Source of the DNA: Tubulanus polymorphus
Taxonomy: Eukaryota > Animalia > Nemertea
DNA: 64,000 nt
Assembly (NCBI RefSeq): GCF_964204645.1
Contig: NC_134028.1
Span: forward strand, 1,426,001 to 1,490,000
Direction: 5' to 3'
Shown: in pieces, positions 1 through 23,076 of the stretch
Layout of the letters: each line of letters opens with the position of its first letter
Position numbering within the stretch: the first letter of the stretch is position 1
Notes under the pieces: generated by a model
Database searches by the model: none
Told to the model about the DNA's origin: nothing
The model's input: the letters and a program-made list of their open reading frames with translations, nothing else
Translations under genes and position numbers: made by a program

Positions 1-1148
1 TCATTCTATTCTTAATCGTGTCGAATCGATTGTTCAAATTCTTTGATAAAATCATCTATCCGTATAGAATATCGTTCTAGAAGGTTCAAAAATTGGTGTT
101 AATCGTTGTCATTACCGTGGTGATGTCTTATAATTAATAATTATGAATAATTGTGCATGGATTTTTTACAGGGAAGATATTTTTGCCAATTTCCCCCCTG
201 AGCTGCTTTGCATACGATATGAGAACTGATGAATACGAATATGATATCGATGTTGTGTTATTTGATGTTGATGTTGTTGTTGCTACTAAACCGGTTTATT
301 TTTGATTTCAGGCTTTTCGATAAAAATGTTTTGTCCGTTTTCCTGTACTGACAGCAATGCATCATTTTGTTTTTCCAAAAACTATTAACTAAATGGATTG
401 GGTGGGGTGGTTTAGGGAGGTTTGTCCATACACTACTCAACGCGTGAGAGATACCCCTGATTGGATAGCCTAGCATTCTTTGTGATAAGCCAGGAATTAT
501 AGGGATCTGACTGGAAAGGGTTAATTTATGTATATTAATAAAAACCTTTATATCACGTGGCTAATGTGGAAACTAATGTTTTCAGTTTCTATCTATCTGT
601 TGTCTATACATGAAGCGTGTATCTGTAGTTTAATGTACGGTAGATCATTGAAAACTAAATAAGCTTCAGTTGTTCGGTTGTTGATGATAAATCCTGATTT
701 ATTTAACGATGGATCGAGATCTCGTTGTAATGCAGTTTTATGCCCGACTCGCGGTAAAATTCCATCGCATCTTCGCATTTTATTAATTGAATTATGTTCA
801 CGTTGAAAAACCCATCAGTTTTATTGATATAAGACTTTATATGAAAATCCGACCATACAAACGAGAAATGAGTCTGAAATGTTTCCTCGCGCCGATATTT
901 TTTTCTTTGTTTCGACTATATTCTAATAGTCATCTTTAACTGTAGCCCTGACAATGACTGCCGTTATTCAAATTAAGTCAAAACGTTGAATATATAATAT
1001 AAGCTGAAGGGAACATTTCATACTCGTCTTTCTTGTCGTAACTTTAATATTAGAAATCCTGCATTCGGAAAGAGAAAGTTTTCCTTCTGTTTCAACTATG
1101 TCCTCATATTAGATTTTGTAATGAAAATCGATGTAAATTTTTCTACAG

Positions 1149-10812
<9,664 letters not shown>

Positions 10813-12444
10813 CCACAAACAGAGAGAAAGAAAGACGTTGATGAAAGGGTTGTTTAAACGAATGAGAATAGCACATTACTCACATCAGTCATTACACGAC
10901 GACGACGACCGCGACACGGACAGAGATGTGCTCGAAGTTCTCATCAGCTCGTCGTCGGTGTCATCTCGTATCGTTCTTTTTCTTCTTCTACTACTTTTTA
11001 TTGCGCTGCGTTTAAAACCAAAAAAAAAAATGAAACCTTTTTCCGAGAGACGAAAATTTGATAACGTTGAAAAAATGAAAAATAGCCGGCTGTTCACGAG
11101 ATGTGACGAGATATTGGTCAGAGGACGTGGCGAGACGCAGCTGTAACGCTCGCTGATATTCGCATGCACGCTCGCTCATTAATGATTGACATATGAAGAC
11201 ACGCCCCCGAGTGACAGGGCATGAATACTTATTGAAAAGCGCGTCGTTTTCACACGTTTTAAAAACATACATATGTAAATTCACTTTCCATGTGAACTTT
11301 CAAACTTCATCTAGTGATAAGCTATATATTTTTTACATCCGTGTGTGGGTAAATGGGTCAATTTAATTCTCAATATTATTATTATTATGATTATTATTAT
11401 AATGAGTTATATTTATTATTTCATCCATGGAAGAATGTTAATTTCGTTATACTACATAGCTCTTAGTGTACATTTTTTCGATTGATTATTATAGTAATTA
11501 GTATAATTCTGATAGAGATACGAGATGAAATTTGTTAACATTGAATCTTAATCAGACAAAGTCAACCGTTTTTGTCAGTACATGTTAAACTGGGAATATC
11601 TGCACTTAAGGAATTTGTGAATCAGGAAAAATCGAATTCTATTGTGGAATAATGCTAGTGGAGTTGACCAAAAAACGAGGATCTCTTAATGACTAAAATG
11701 GAAACCTGCCTGGCAAAGTCTAGTTACAGATTGTTGCGCCCTCTACGTTATTTTTGCTCATCCGTATTTTGCAGCCATCTGTATCTCATTCTCTAGATTA
11801 ATTCATTAAAAATGAGCACGTCTTAAGTTTTATTCTAGAATCAAGTCTGTGGTTAAACTTAGTCTTTAAAACTCGCTCAAGGCTTAGTTTTAGCCTACTT
11901 ATTTTTCTTCAAAATATTTAGATTATGTATAAGAGATAACACCTATTTCAGCTCCCTATTTTGAATATTTTGTTCGATTTCCGATATAGATATTTATGAT
12001 ATGGTCAATTTCATCCACCCATAAAAACTTACGTTATGATTAGGTTGAAACCCTGGGCCCCAGTTTCACGAAGAGAAGTTGGTTTAGAAATACAAAGCTC
12101 AAGTTCGGTAACGTAAGGTGGCTACTGAATTTTTTTCTGTAAAACTGGTGATCTATGGATGAACTGAAGTACATATCATTTAGCAGTGAATCATGACTCG
12201 CGATGTGCTCTAGAATTGTGTTGAATTGTGGATATTTCGAACGCAATGAGGTGGAAAGCTATACAATATCGTATATGCATTTCAACTTAAAATCAGTTGG
12301 GAAAGGAAATAATTTTTCCATATATAAAACTTATAAACAATTATGAAAAAAAAAAAAACGATTTTGACTCAATGATATTGTAATATTGTATAGTGTACAT
12401 TTTTATTGTTGTTGTGTGATGATGAATCTAAAACATTTAAACTC

Positions 12445-12527
12445 CCTCGATCTGCCTCGATCTGCCTCGATCTGCCTCGATCTGCCTCGATCTGCCTCGA
12501 TCTGCCTCGATCTGCCTCGATCTGCCT
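12445..12527. repeat. 10-bp tandem repeat (CCTCGATCTG)x~8, probably within the CaMKII 3' UTR
   Basis: Perfect tandem copies are directly visible. Confidence 0.97.
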
Positions 12528-14771
12528 ACCCTCCTCTTCCACGACATGAAAACAATTTAAAATCAGGGCAGATTCTATTACGACATATTCAGCAGTTTTC
12601 AAACAGACCAAACTACTCTCTACTGTGAGTACCAGTATTCAGTCACTACCAGGAACACCTGAAATAGAACTGCAGATCTGTCCCTACCTCGGATCACCGC
12701 CCCCCCCCCCCCCCCCCCATGTAGGTATAGATAGGGAGGTGTTCTGTCACTGTCACGTGCCTGGTAGAGGGCAGCACCTCCCTGATATAGGGCATGTAGA
12801 AATGCTGAACACTATAATTAATCCAGTATATTATAAGCACAAATAAAGCTTTTAGTATAATGACCGACTGACCTACGTTATGATGAAGTTTAAACCTCGT
12901 GATTCAAATTTTCTTACATATAAATCTCAGTGTTCGTCTGTATTTGTAAATAGAAGCAACAAATTTAATATATTCTGCTCTGTACACGTTTCATATATCT
13001 AAAAATATGACAACACGGTCGTTTGCGAAGCAATCGCAAAAAGTTTGTCTGAAACATTCGTTCATTTAAAACGTTTTCTCACAAAACCATGCAACTGTAG
13101 CGTGCATATATTATTATAATTATCATTATTAGAAGCTATATTTTTTTCTTATTATTATAATATAGTGAAAACGGTGTTGATGATTTATTTTCTGAATGGT
13201 TGAATGACTCGTTGCCTGTCTGGATCGAAACTGCCGCAGCTGGCTGATGTCCCAGGCCGAAAAATCATTAGTTATTTTGACCATATTTATTATATGCGAT
13301 TCCCTCTGAAGAGAATCTCCTCTTTCTCTAAACTAAAGATGAATTTGAAATGCCGCCACGTTCAGTGAATTGTGGTGAAAAACGTATTACGATTAGGAAA
13401 ATTATTATTAATGTATGATGAAGTGAGAAGGCCATGTGAATAAAATGGTTTCGAATCTAGTCTGACCTAGCGTTAAATAATGAAATAAGTATCATATGTG
13501 AAATGAAAAACCACTGTATATTGATAATTATTATTAATATTATTATTATTGACTTGTAAATGTATAAGATATTTTGACAGTTTTCATTGAATCTGATTGT
13601 TATATGAATTGTACATGTCACACATAATAAAAAATACCTCTGTAATTCTTATCATGTTAAAAGTACGTTCGTCTCTTATAGTAAAAAATTGTATAATGAT
13701 ATGATATGATATGATGATGATGACTGTTTGGGTGCAATATTTGAATGGTTTTTACCACAATATCTCGCGCTATCTCAATCAGAAATATGCGATTCTCAAC
13801 TGGATGCAGCAAAATCCCGATCGGTGTTGAAATTAGTAATTTAGAAATTTTAACTAAATTTTTTGATAATCATTTATTGAATGTTAGCACGATACACGTT
13901 AGAGATATGTAAAGAAATAAATGTAGATTCTTAAGATGAAAATAGATAAAGTTCACTTTGATGCAACGATGTCTGTAAATCAGTGAGCGAGGGATGTCTG
14001 TGTTCAGTTGAGTATCGTATAACTAATGACTTTGAGAGAGTGTGTTATTCACACTAAACACTTTCAAGACATCGTAGCACACAATGAATACATTGTTATT
14101 ATTATTATTATTATTATTAAAACTAGCACTAAAAACATTGATGAACCTAAAATAAAGGCGTTTCCCATAACGAGGTAGCCTACAATTTAAAGCAGTTCGA
14201 TGTTCAATTGTCGTATGATTTTTTGCTCTTTTTCATCATTTTCAAAAAAAAAATTTTACAATTTTAGCCATTGAAATGACAGAAAAATGCGAGTATTTGT
14301 ACTATTATTATCATCATTATTGTCCAACAGTGTTGACAGACATTTTTTGAATCCCTACTTGCTATCTATGAATGTGATTGTGTAGTTGGACTCTATCTTG
14401 TCTAGCCTGTCAATTCTTTGGTGGTAGTGCTAAAAATATAAAATAGAATGGTCTATTTAAAGCTTTCATTCTACTGAAAATATTCCAGAAGAAATAAAAA
14501 GCATAAAAAGCTCAAATTGTTTGTTTTATGTCTTTTGTGAAATGAGGATAATGAAAAGATCTCAAGGGAAATCGCCTGAATGCTTTTTACCAGTCAGAAG
14601 CTTGGGTTAGGGTTAAGCATGTGATCTGTTTGTTTATACCATGTGACCTGTTCTGGCCAATCAGAGCCAGGATTAGGGTTAAGCATGTGGGTCATTTGCA
14701 TATCATGTGACCAGCTCTGACCAATCAGAAGCCACGATTCATATTTCGACGCCGAGCGTCGAGGCGAGTAA

Positions 14772-15164
14772 AGCCTAACGCACATCGACGACATCATTTG
14801 TCGATGTGAGCGAGCTTACGACTGGTTAGCGTCCATCTATCTCCAGTTCCACCCAGTTGCTCATGTTCTACTTTTGAGCAACTAGTTGTACTCAGTTGCT
14901 CTCATATCCGTCGATGTGAGCGCTCCATAATCAACAACACATGGTTGTAACTGACTAAAACAAAGCTATTTGTCACGTGACTTGTGATGCCCTCAAGAAT
15001 ATTTGCTAAACCACATCTCAGTGGCTGTCGATGTGTGCGCTATGGACCTAGCGACCGGCATGAGCCACGCAGTTGCTGGGGTTTACTAAATTTTCGATGT
15101 GCGCGGGGTACTCGCTCACTAGCAACTAGTTGTCTCCAGTCGCTTTATCGATGTGCGCTAGGCT
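14772..15164. mobile_element. PIF/Harbinger-type (Tourist-like) MITE
   Basis: TIRs AGCCTAACGCACATCGA / TCGATGTGCGCTAGGCT flanked by a TAA duplication (14769-71, 15165-67); several internal TCGATGTGNGCG repeats. A 3-bp TAA/TTA TSD is characteristic of PIF/Harbinger. Confidence 0.8.
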
Positions 15165-15265
15165 TAACGAGGAGAAGATCGTGAAACTCGGGATTAGATA
15201 CGAACAATCTGGAGACGCTACGGAATCTACAGATCAGTGTAAACTATTAGAGTATGAGGTACGCG

Positions 15266-15488
15266 GGTAAAAGTGCAGATCCGCACCTCTCGTGGTTGAC
15301 GCAATCTGCTGAATGACAGAATCCAGGCTAAATTCTTTCTACTCTCTCTAGTGCTCTAGTGAAGATATCTTAAAATTAGCCAATGGCAATGTACTGAATT
15401 GCTGATGACATTTTGAATCTGAAACAATGATATTTCATGTAATTGATTGAACCGTTTATGCGGAGAGGTGCGGATCTGCACTTTTACC
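15266..15488. mobile_element. MITE with 26-bp perfect TIRs
   Basis: GGTAAAAGTGCAGATCCGCACCTCTC ... GAGAGGTGCGGATCTGCACTTTTACC; superfamily not assigned. Confidence 0.75.
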
Positions 15489-15784
15489 GGCACGCGAAGA
15501 TGAAGAGATTTGTAATTTTTTACAATGTTCACTGTATAATTTCACTTGTCACTCAGATTCATCTTTAACTTTACATCAATTGAATTTTCATTCTAACGGT
15601 CACATACAAATAGTCGACAATGATGAACATTTTACTCAGTTCTAGTAAATAGTAATACCGGTAGTCAATGTGTGTGTTTAAGGGTTTTGTTGCTCATGTA
15701 ACTGTTCATCGATCTTTCATTTTTGTAAAAATTAGAATAAACATGTTTTCCTGAAGCTATGAGTCATCGATTTTTGTAGCTGTA

Positions 15785-18700
15785 ATCAGTATCAGTGATT
15801 TTGAGTTCGAACCTGGGACGCCCCTGTTTATCCTCTATTGAGCATCAGGACAACTTGGACCACAACTGGATTTGAACCCGGGACACCCCTGTACATCCTC
15901 TATTCGGCATCAGGACCACTCAGTATCAGTAATTACTGGGTTTGAACCCGGGACACCCCTGTTCATCGCTTTATCCATCAGGACAACTCTGAATCACAGC
16001 AATTGATGGGTTTGAACCCAGGATACCCCTGTACATCCTCTATTCAGCATCAGTACCACTCTGAATCAGTGTCAGTAATTACTGGGTTTGAACTCGGGAC
16101 ACCCCCGTACATCCTCTATTCAGCATCAGGACAACTCTGAATCAGCATCAGTAATTACTGGGTTCGAACCCGGTACATCCTCCATTCAGCATCAGGACCA
16201 CTCTGAACCAGTTATCAGTAATTACTTTTGTTGAGATATCAACATTTTACCGTACGGTGCTGCCTCTATGCTCATCGTTAGCGGGATTTTTATACACTAA
16301 CGTTAGTCAACACTGGCAAGCTAAGGTCACGGAGTATAACTGGACAGCACGTCGATTGCCAGAGTTGACATTAGTTAGTGTATGAAAATCCCGCTAACGA
16401 TGAGCATAGCGGCAGCACCGTACGGTCGGAACACCCCTGTACATCCTTTATTCAGTATCAGGACAACTCTGAATCAGCATCAGTAATTACTGGGTTCGAA
16501 CACGGGACACCCCGGTACATCCTCCATTCAGCATCAGGACCACTCTGAACCAGTTTTCAGTAATTACTTTTGTTGAGATATCAACATTTTACCGTACGGT
16601 GCTGCCTCTATGCTCATCGTTAGCGGGATATCTATACACTAACGTTAGTCAACACTGGCAAGCTAAGGTCACGGAGTATAACTGGACAGCACGTCGATTG
16701 CCAGAGTTGACTTTAGTTAGTGTATGAAAATCCCGCTAACGATGAGCATAGCGGCACCACTGTACGGTCGGGACAACCCTGTACATCCTCTATTCAGCAT
16801 CAGTACCGCTCTGAATCAGTATCAGTAATTACTGGGTTCGAACCCGGGACTTCCCGTACATCCTATATTCAGCATCAGGACCACTCGGAATCAGCATCAG
16901 TAATTACTGGGTTTGAACCTGGGACACCCCCGTACATCCTCTATTCAGCATCAGGACCACTCTGAATCAGTATCAGTAATTACTTGGTTTGATACCGGGG
17001 TACCCCTGTACATCCTCCATTCAGCATCACGACCACTCTGAACCAGTTATCAGTAATGATTTTTGTTGAGATATCAACATTTTACCGTACGGTGCGGCCT
17101 CTATGCTCATCGTTAGCGGGATTTTTATACACTAACGTTAGTCAACTCTGGCAAGCTAAGTCACGGAATATAACTGGACAGCACGTCGATTGCCAGAGTT
17201 GACTATCGTTAGTGTATGAAAATCACGCTAACGATGAGCATAGCGGCAGCACTGTACGGTCGTGACACCCTGTACATCCTCTATTCAGCATCAGTACCGC
17301 TCTGAATCAGTATCAGTAATTACTGGGTTCGAGCCCGGGACACCCCTGTTCATCCTTTATCCATCAGGACCACTCTGAATCACAGTAATTGATGGGTTTG
17401 AACCCGGGACACCCCCGTACATCCTCTATTCAGCATCAGTTATTACTGGGTTCGAACCCGGGACACCCCGGTACATCCTCCATTCAGCATCAGGATCACT
17501 CTGAATCAGTTATCAGTAATTACTTTTGTTAAGATATCAACATTTTACCATTCGGTGCTGCCTCTATGCTCATCGTTAGCGGAATTTTTATACACTAACG
17601 TTAGTCAACTCTGGCAAGCTAAGCTCACGGAGTATAACTGGACAGCACGTCGATTGCCAGAGTTGACTTTAGTTAGTGTATGAAAATCCCGCTAACGATG
17701 AGCATAGCGGCAGCACCGTACGGTCGGAACACCCCTGTACATCCTTTATTCAGTATCAGGACAACTCTGAATCAGCATCAGTAATTACTGGGTTCGAACA
17801 CGGGACACCCCGGTACATCCTCCATTCAGCATCAGGACCACTCTGAACATGTTATCAGTAATTACTTTTGTTGAGATATCAACATTTTACCGTACGGTGC
17901 TGCCTCTATGCTCATCGTTAGCGGGATATTTATACACTAACGTTAGTCGACTCTGGCAAGCTAAGGTCACGGAGTATAACTGGACAGCACGTCGATTGCC
18001 AGAGTTGACTTTAGTTAGTGTATGAAAATCCCGCTAACGATGAGCATAGCGGCAGCACCGTACGGTCGGAACACCCCTGTACATCCTTTATTCAGTATCA
18101 GGACAACTCTGAATCAGCATCAGTAATTACTGGGTTCGAACACGGGACACCCCGGTACATCCTCCATTCAGCATCAGGACCACTCTGAACATGTTATCAG
18201 TAATTACTTTTGTTGAGATATCAACATTTTACCGTACGGTGCTGCCTCTATGCTCATCGTTAGCGGGATATTTATACACTAACGTTAGTCGACTCTGGCA
18301 AGCTAAGGTCACGGAGTATAACTGGACAGCACGTCGATTGCCAGAGTTGACATTAGTTAGTGTATGAAAATCCCGCTAACGATGAGCATAGCGGCAGCAC
18401 CGTACGGTCGGAACACCCCTGTACATCCTTTATTCAGTATCAGGACAACTCTGAATCAGCATCAGTAATTACTGGGTTCGAACACGGGACACCCCGGTAC
18501 ATCCTCCATTCAGCATCAGGACCACTCTGAACCAGTTATCAGTAATTACTTTTGTTGAGATATCAACATTTTACCGTACGGTGCTGCCTCTATGCTCATC
18601 GTTAGCGGGATATTTATACACTAACGTTAGTCAACACTGGCAAGCTAAGGTCACGGAGTATAACTGGACAGCACGTCGATTGCCAGAGTTGACTTTAGTT

Positions 18701-21700
18701 AGTGTATGAAAATCCCGCTAACGATGAGCATAGCGGCACCACTGTACGGTCGGGACAACCCTGTACATCCTCTATTCAGCATCAGTACCGCTCTGAATCA
18801 GTATCAGTAATTACTGGGTTCGAACCCGGGACTTCCCGTACATCCTATATTCAGCATCAGGACCACTCGGAATCAGCATCAGTAATTACTGGGTTTGAAC
18901 CTGGGACACCCCCGTACATCCTCTATTCAGCATCAGGACCACTCTGAATCAGCATCAGTAATTACTGGATTCGAACCCGGGATACCCCTGTACATCCTCT
19001 ATTCAGCATCAGGACCACTCGGAATCAGCATCAGTAATTACTGGGTTTGAAGCCGGGACACCCCCGTACATCCTCTATTCAGCATCAGGACCACTCTGAA
19101 TCAGTATCAGTAATTACTTGTTTTGATACCGGGGTACCCCTGTACATCCTCCATTCAGCATCACGACCACTCTGATGCAGTTATCAGTAATAATTTTTGT
19201 TGATATATCAACATTTTACCGTACGGTGCTGCCTCTATGCTCATCGTTAGCGAGATTTTTATACACTAACGTTAGTCAACTCTGGCAAGCTAAGGTCACG
19301 GAATATAACTGGACAGCACGTCGATTGCCAGAGTTGACTATCGTTAGTGTATGAAAATCACGCTAACGATGAGCATAGCGGCAGCACTGTACGGTCGGGA
19401 CACCCCTGTACATCCTCTATTCAGCATCAGTACCGCTCTGAATCAGTATCAATAATTACTGGGTTCGAGCCCGGGACACCCCTGTTCATCCTTTATCCAT
19501 CAGGACCACTCTGAATCACAGTAATTGATGGGTTTGAACCCGGGACACCCCCGTACATCCTCTATTCAGCATCAAGACCACTCTTAATCAGCATCAGTAA
19601 TTACTGGGTTCGAATGCGGGACACCCCGGTACATCCTCCATTCAGCATCAGGACCACTCTGAACCAGTTATCAGTAATTACTTTTGTTGAGATATCAACA
19701 TTTTACCGTACGGTGCTGCCTCTATGCTCATCGTTAGCGGGATTTTTATACACTAACGTTAGTCAACTCTGGCAAGCTAAGCTCACGGAGTATAACTGGA
19801 CAGCACGTCGATTGCCAGAGTTGACTTTAGTTAGTGTATGAAAATCCCGCTAACGATGAGCATAGCGGCACCACTGTACGGTCAGGACAACCCTGTACAT
19901 CCTCTATTCAGCATCAGTACCACTCGGAATCAGCATCAGTAATTACTGGTTTTGAACCCGGGACACCCCTCTTCATCCTTTATCCACCAGGACCACTCTG
20001 AATCACAGTAATTGATGGGTTTGAACCCGGGACACCCCCGTACATCCTCTATTCAGCATCAGGACCACTCTGAATCAGCATCAGTTATTACTGGGTTCGA
20101 ACCCGGGACACCCCGGTACATCCTCCATTCAGCATCAGGATCACTCTGAATCAGTTATCAGTAATTACTTTTGTTAAGATATCAACATTTTACCATTCGG
20201 TGCTGCCTCTATGCTCATCGTTAGCGGGATATTTATACACTAACTAAAGTCAACTTTGGCAAGCTAAGGTCACGGAGTATAACTGGACAGCACGTCGATT
20301 GCCAGAGCTGACTTTAGTTAGTGTATGAAAATCCCGCTAACGATGAGCATAGCGGCACCACTGTACGGTCGGGACAACCCTGTACATCCTCTATTCAGCA
20401 TCAGTACCGCTCTGAATCAGTATCAGTAATTACTGGGTTCGAACCCGGGACTTCCCGTACATCCTATATTCAGCATCAGGACCACTCGGAATCAGCATCA
20501 GTAATTACTGGGTTTGAACCTGGGACACCCCCGTACATCCTCTATTCAGCATCAGGACCACTCTGAATCAGCATCAGTAATTACTGGATTCGAACCCGGG
20601 ATACCCCTGTACATCCTCTATTCAGCATCAGGACCACTCGGAATCAGCATCAGTAATTACTGGGTTTGAAGCCGGGACACCCCCGTACATCCTCTATTCA
20701 GCATCAGGACCACTCTGAATCAGTATCAGTAATTACTTGTTTTGATACCGGGGTACCCCTGTACATCCTCCATTCAGCATCACGACCACTCTGATGCAGT
20801 TATCAGTAATAATTTTTGTTGATATATCAACATTTTACCGTACGGTGCTGCCTCTATGCTCATCGTTAGCGAGATTTTTATACACTAACGTTAGTCAACT
20901 CTGGCAAGCTAAGGTCACGGAATATAACTGGACAGCACGTCGATTGCCAGAGTTGACTATCGTTAGTGTATGAAATTCACGCTAACGATGAGCATAGCGG
21001 CAGCACTGTACGGTCGGGACACCCCTGTACATCCTCTATTCAGCATCAGTACCGCTCTGAATCAGTATCAATAATTACTGGGTTCGAGCCCGGGACACCC
21101 CTGTTCATCCTTTATCCATCAGGACCACTCTGAATCACAGTAATTGATGGGTTTGAACCCGGGACACCCCCGTACATCCTCTATTCAGCATCAAGACCAC
21201 TCTTAATCAGCATCAGTAATTACTGGGTTCGAACGCGGGACACCCCGGTACATCCTCCATTCAGCATCAGGACCACTCTGAACCAGTTATCAGTAATTAC
21301 TTTTGTTGAGATATCAACATTTTACCGTACGGTGCTGCCTCTATGCTCATCGTTAGCGGGATTTTTATACACTAACGTTAGTCAACTCTGGCAAGCTAAG
21401 CTCACGGAGTATAACTGGACAGCACGTCGATTGCCAGAGTTGACTTTAGTTAGTGTATGAAAATCCCGCTAACGATGAGCATAGCGGCACCACTGTACGG
21501 TCAGGACAACCCTGTACATCCTCTATTCAGCATCAGTACCACTCGGAATCAGCATCAGTAATTACTGGTTTTGAACCCGGGACACCCCTCTTCATCCTTT
21601 ATCCACCAGGACCACTCTGAATCACAGTAATTGATGGGTTTGAACCCGGGACACCCCCGTACATCCTCTATTCAGCATCAGGACCACTCTGAATCAGCAT

Positions 21701-22555
21701 CAGTTATTACTGGGTTCGAACCCGGGACACCCCGGTACATCCTCCATTCAGCATCAGGATCACTCTGAATCAGTTATCAGTAATTACTTTTGTTAAGATA
21801 TCAACATTTTACCATTCGGTGCTGCCTCTATGCTCATCGTTAGCGGGATATTTATACACTAACTAAAGTCAACTTTGGCAAGCTAAGGTCACGGAGTATA
21901 ACTGGACAGCACGTCGATTGCCAGAGCTGACTTTAGTTAGTGTATGAAAATCCCGCTAACGATGAGCATAGCGGCAGCACCTTACGGTCGGAACACCCCT
22001 GTACATCCTTTATTCAGCATCAGGACAACTCTGAATCAGCATCAGTAATTACTGGGTTCGAACACGGGACACCCCGGTACATCCTCCATTCAGCATCAGG
22101 ACCACTCTGAACCAGTTATCAGTAATTACTTTTGTTGAGATATCAACATTTTACCGTACGGTGCTGCCTCTATGCTCATCGTTAGCGGGATATTTATACA
22201 CTAACGTTAGTCGACTCTGGCAAGCTAAGGTCACGGAGTATAACTGGACAGCACGTCGATTGCCAGAGTTGACTTTAGTTAGTGTATGAAAATCCCGCTA
22301 ACGATGAGCATAGCGGCAGCACTGTACGGTCGGGACAGACCCCTGTACATCCTCTGTTTAGCATCAGTACCGCTCTGAATCAGTATCAGTAATTACTGGG
22401 TTCGAGCCCGGGACACCCCTGTTCATCCTTTATCCATCAGGACCACTCTGAATCACAGTAATTGATGGGTTTGAACCCGGGACATATCCCTGTACATCCT
22501 CTATTCAGCATCAGGACCACTCTGAACCAGTATCAGTAATTACTGGGTTCGAACC
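15785..22555. repeat. Composite higher-order satellite: ~76-bp B-box monomers interleaved with 14 ~180-nt hairpin units
   Basis: Monomer ACTGGGTTCGAACCCGGGACACCCCTGTACATCCTCTATTCAGCATCAGGACCACTCTGAATCAGCATCAGTAATT. Hairpin units start at 16245, 16587, 17080, 17543, 17885, 18227, 18569, 19214, 19701, 20188, 20833, 21320, 21807 and 22149. A 1619-bp higher-order unit is repeated twice. Confidence 0.97.
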
Positions 22556-23076
22556 TTAGAGACGATCAGGAGGTCATCGGCTACATTTTCCGAAAGCATG
22601 AAGAAAATAAAAACAATGATTTTTACAAGAGAAACACAAATCTCATGTAATTAATCATGTACTGTTAGAAACTGGGTGCCACTTTTAAAGGCAAAGTTAA
22701 CTATTGAGGACTCTGCTTCTGTATATAAAAATCAAACCGATCATCAGTGGAAATATCAAATTAGCGGGTGGTGAAATATATATGCCGTCACAAAATATTG
22801 CCGAAGGGCACTTAAATTTTAGACCGTACGAACAATGTATTGGGCAATACGGTCTGGGTCCGCCCCTGATGGCTTTAGTGACAATCAAGAAGATTGATAA
22901 TTTCGTAATTACTCTTCGGCAGCTCAACACTCGCTTCTAACCGGTTAACAAGTGTTAGTGTGTCCGGGTTGAAGTGGTAAGCTGTGCTAACAAAGTTCAG
23001 AGTAGCTAAACAGATAAAGAATTTCAATCATATTTATTCTCATACAGTGTACAACAATTATACAAAATGCCAGGTT

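Noticed and set aside
172-305. Possible alternative CaMKII terminal exon after ttttttacAG (171)
   Set aside because: A phase-1 frame is open for ~44 codons, but the sequence is low-complexity, has no similarity to CaMKII and has no other support.
10838-11284. 90-102 aa ORFs just after the CaMKII stop
   Set aside because: They lie in the presumptive 3' UTR, overlap on both strands and are low-complexity.
10813-13640. CPE-like or localisation elements in the long CaMKII 3' UTR
   Set aside because: T-rich motifs are expected by chance at this AT content, and the UTR end cannot be fixed without transcripts.
16720-20566. Three identical 81-aa ORFs (MYENPANDEH...) and a 75-aa ORF in the satellite
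   Set aside because: Non-ATG starts, interrupted in most repeat units, and no domain resemblance; identity simply reflects the repeat.
15785-22555. CRISPR-like array, tRNA gene cluster or hammerhead retrozyme
   Set aside because: No unique spacers or cas genes and the context is eukaryotic; monomers lack a full cloverleaf by eye; no CUGANGA/GAAA core was found in either module.
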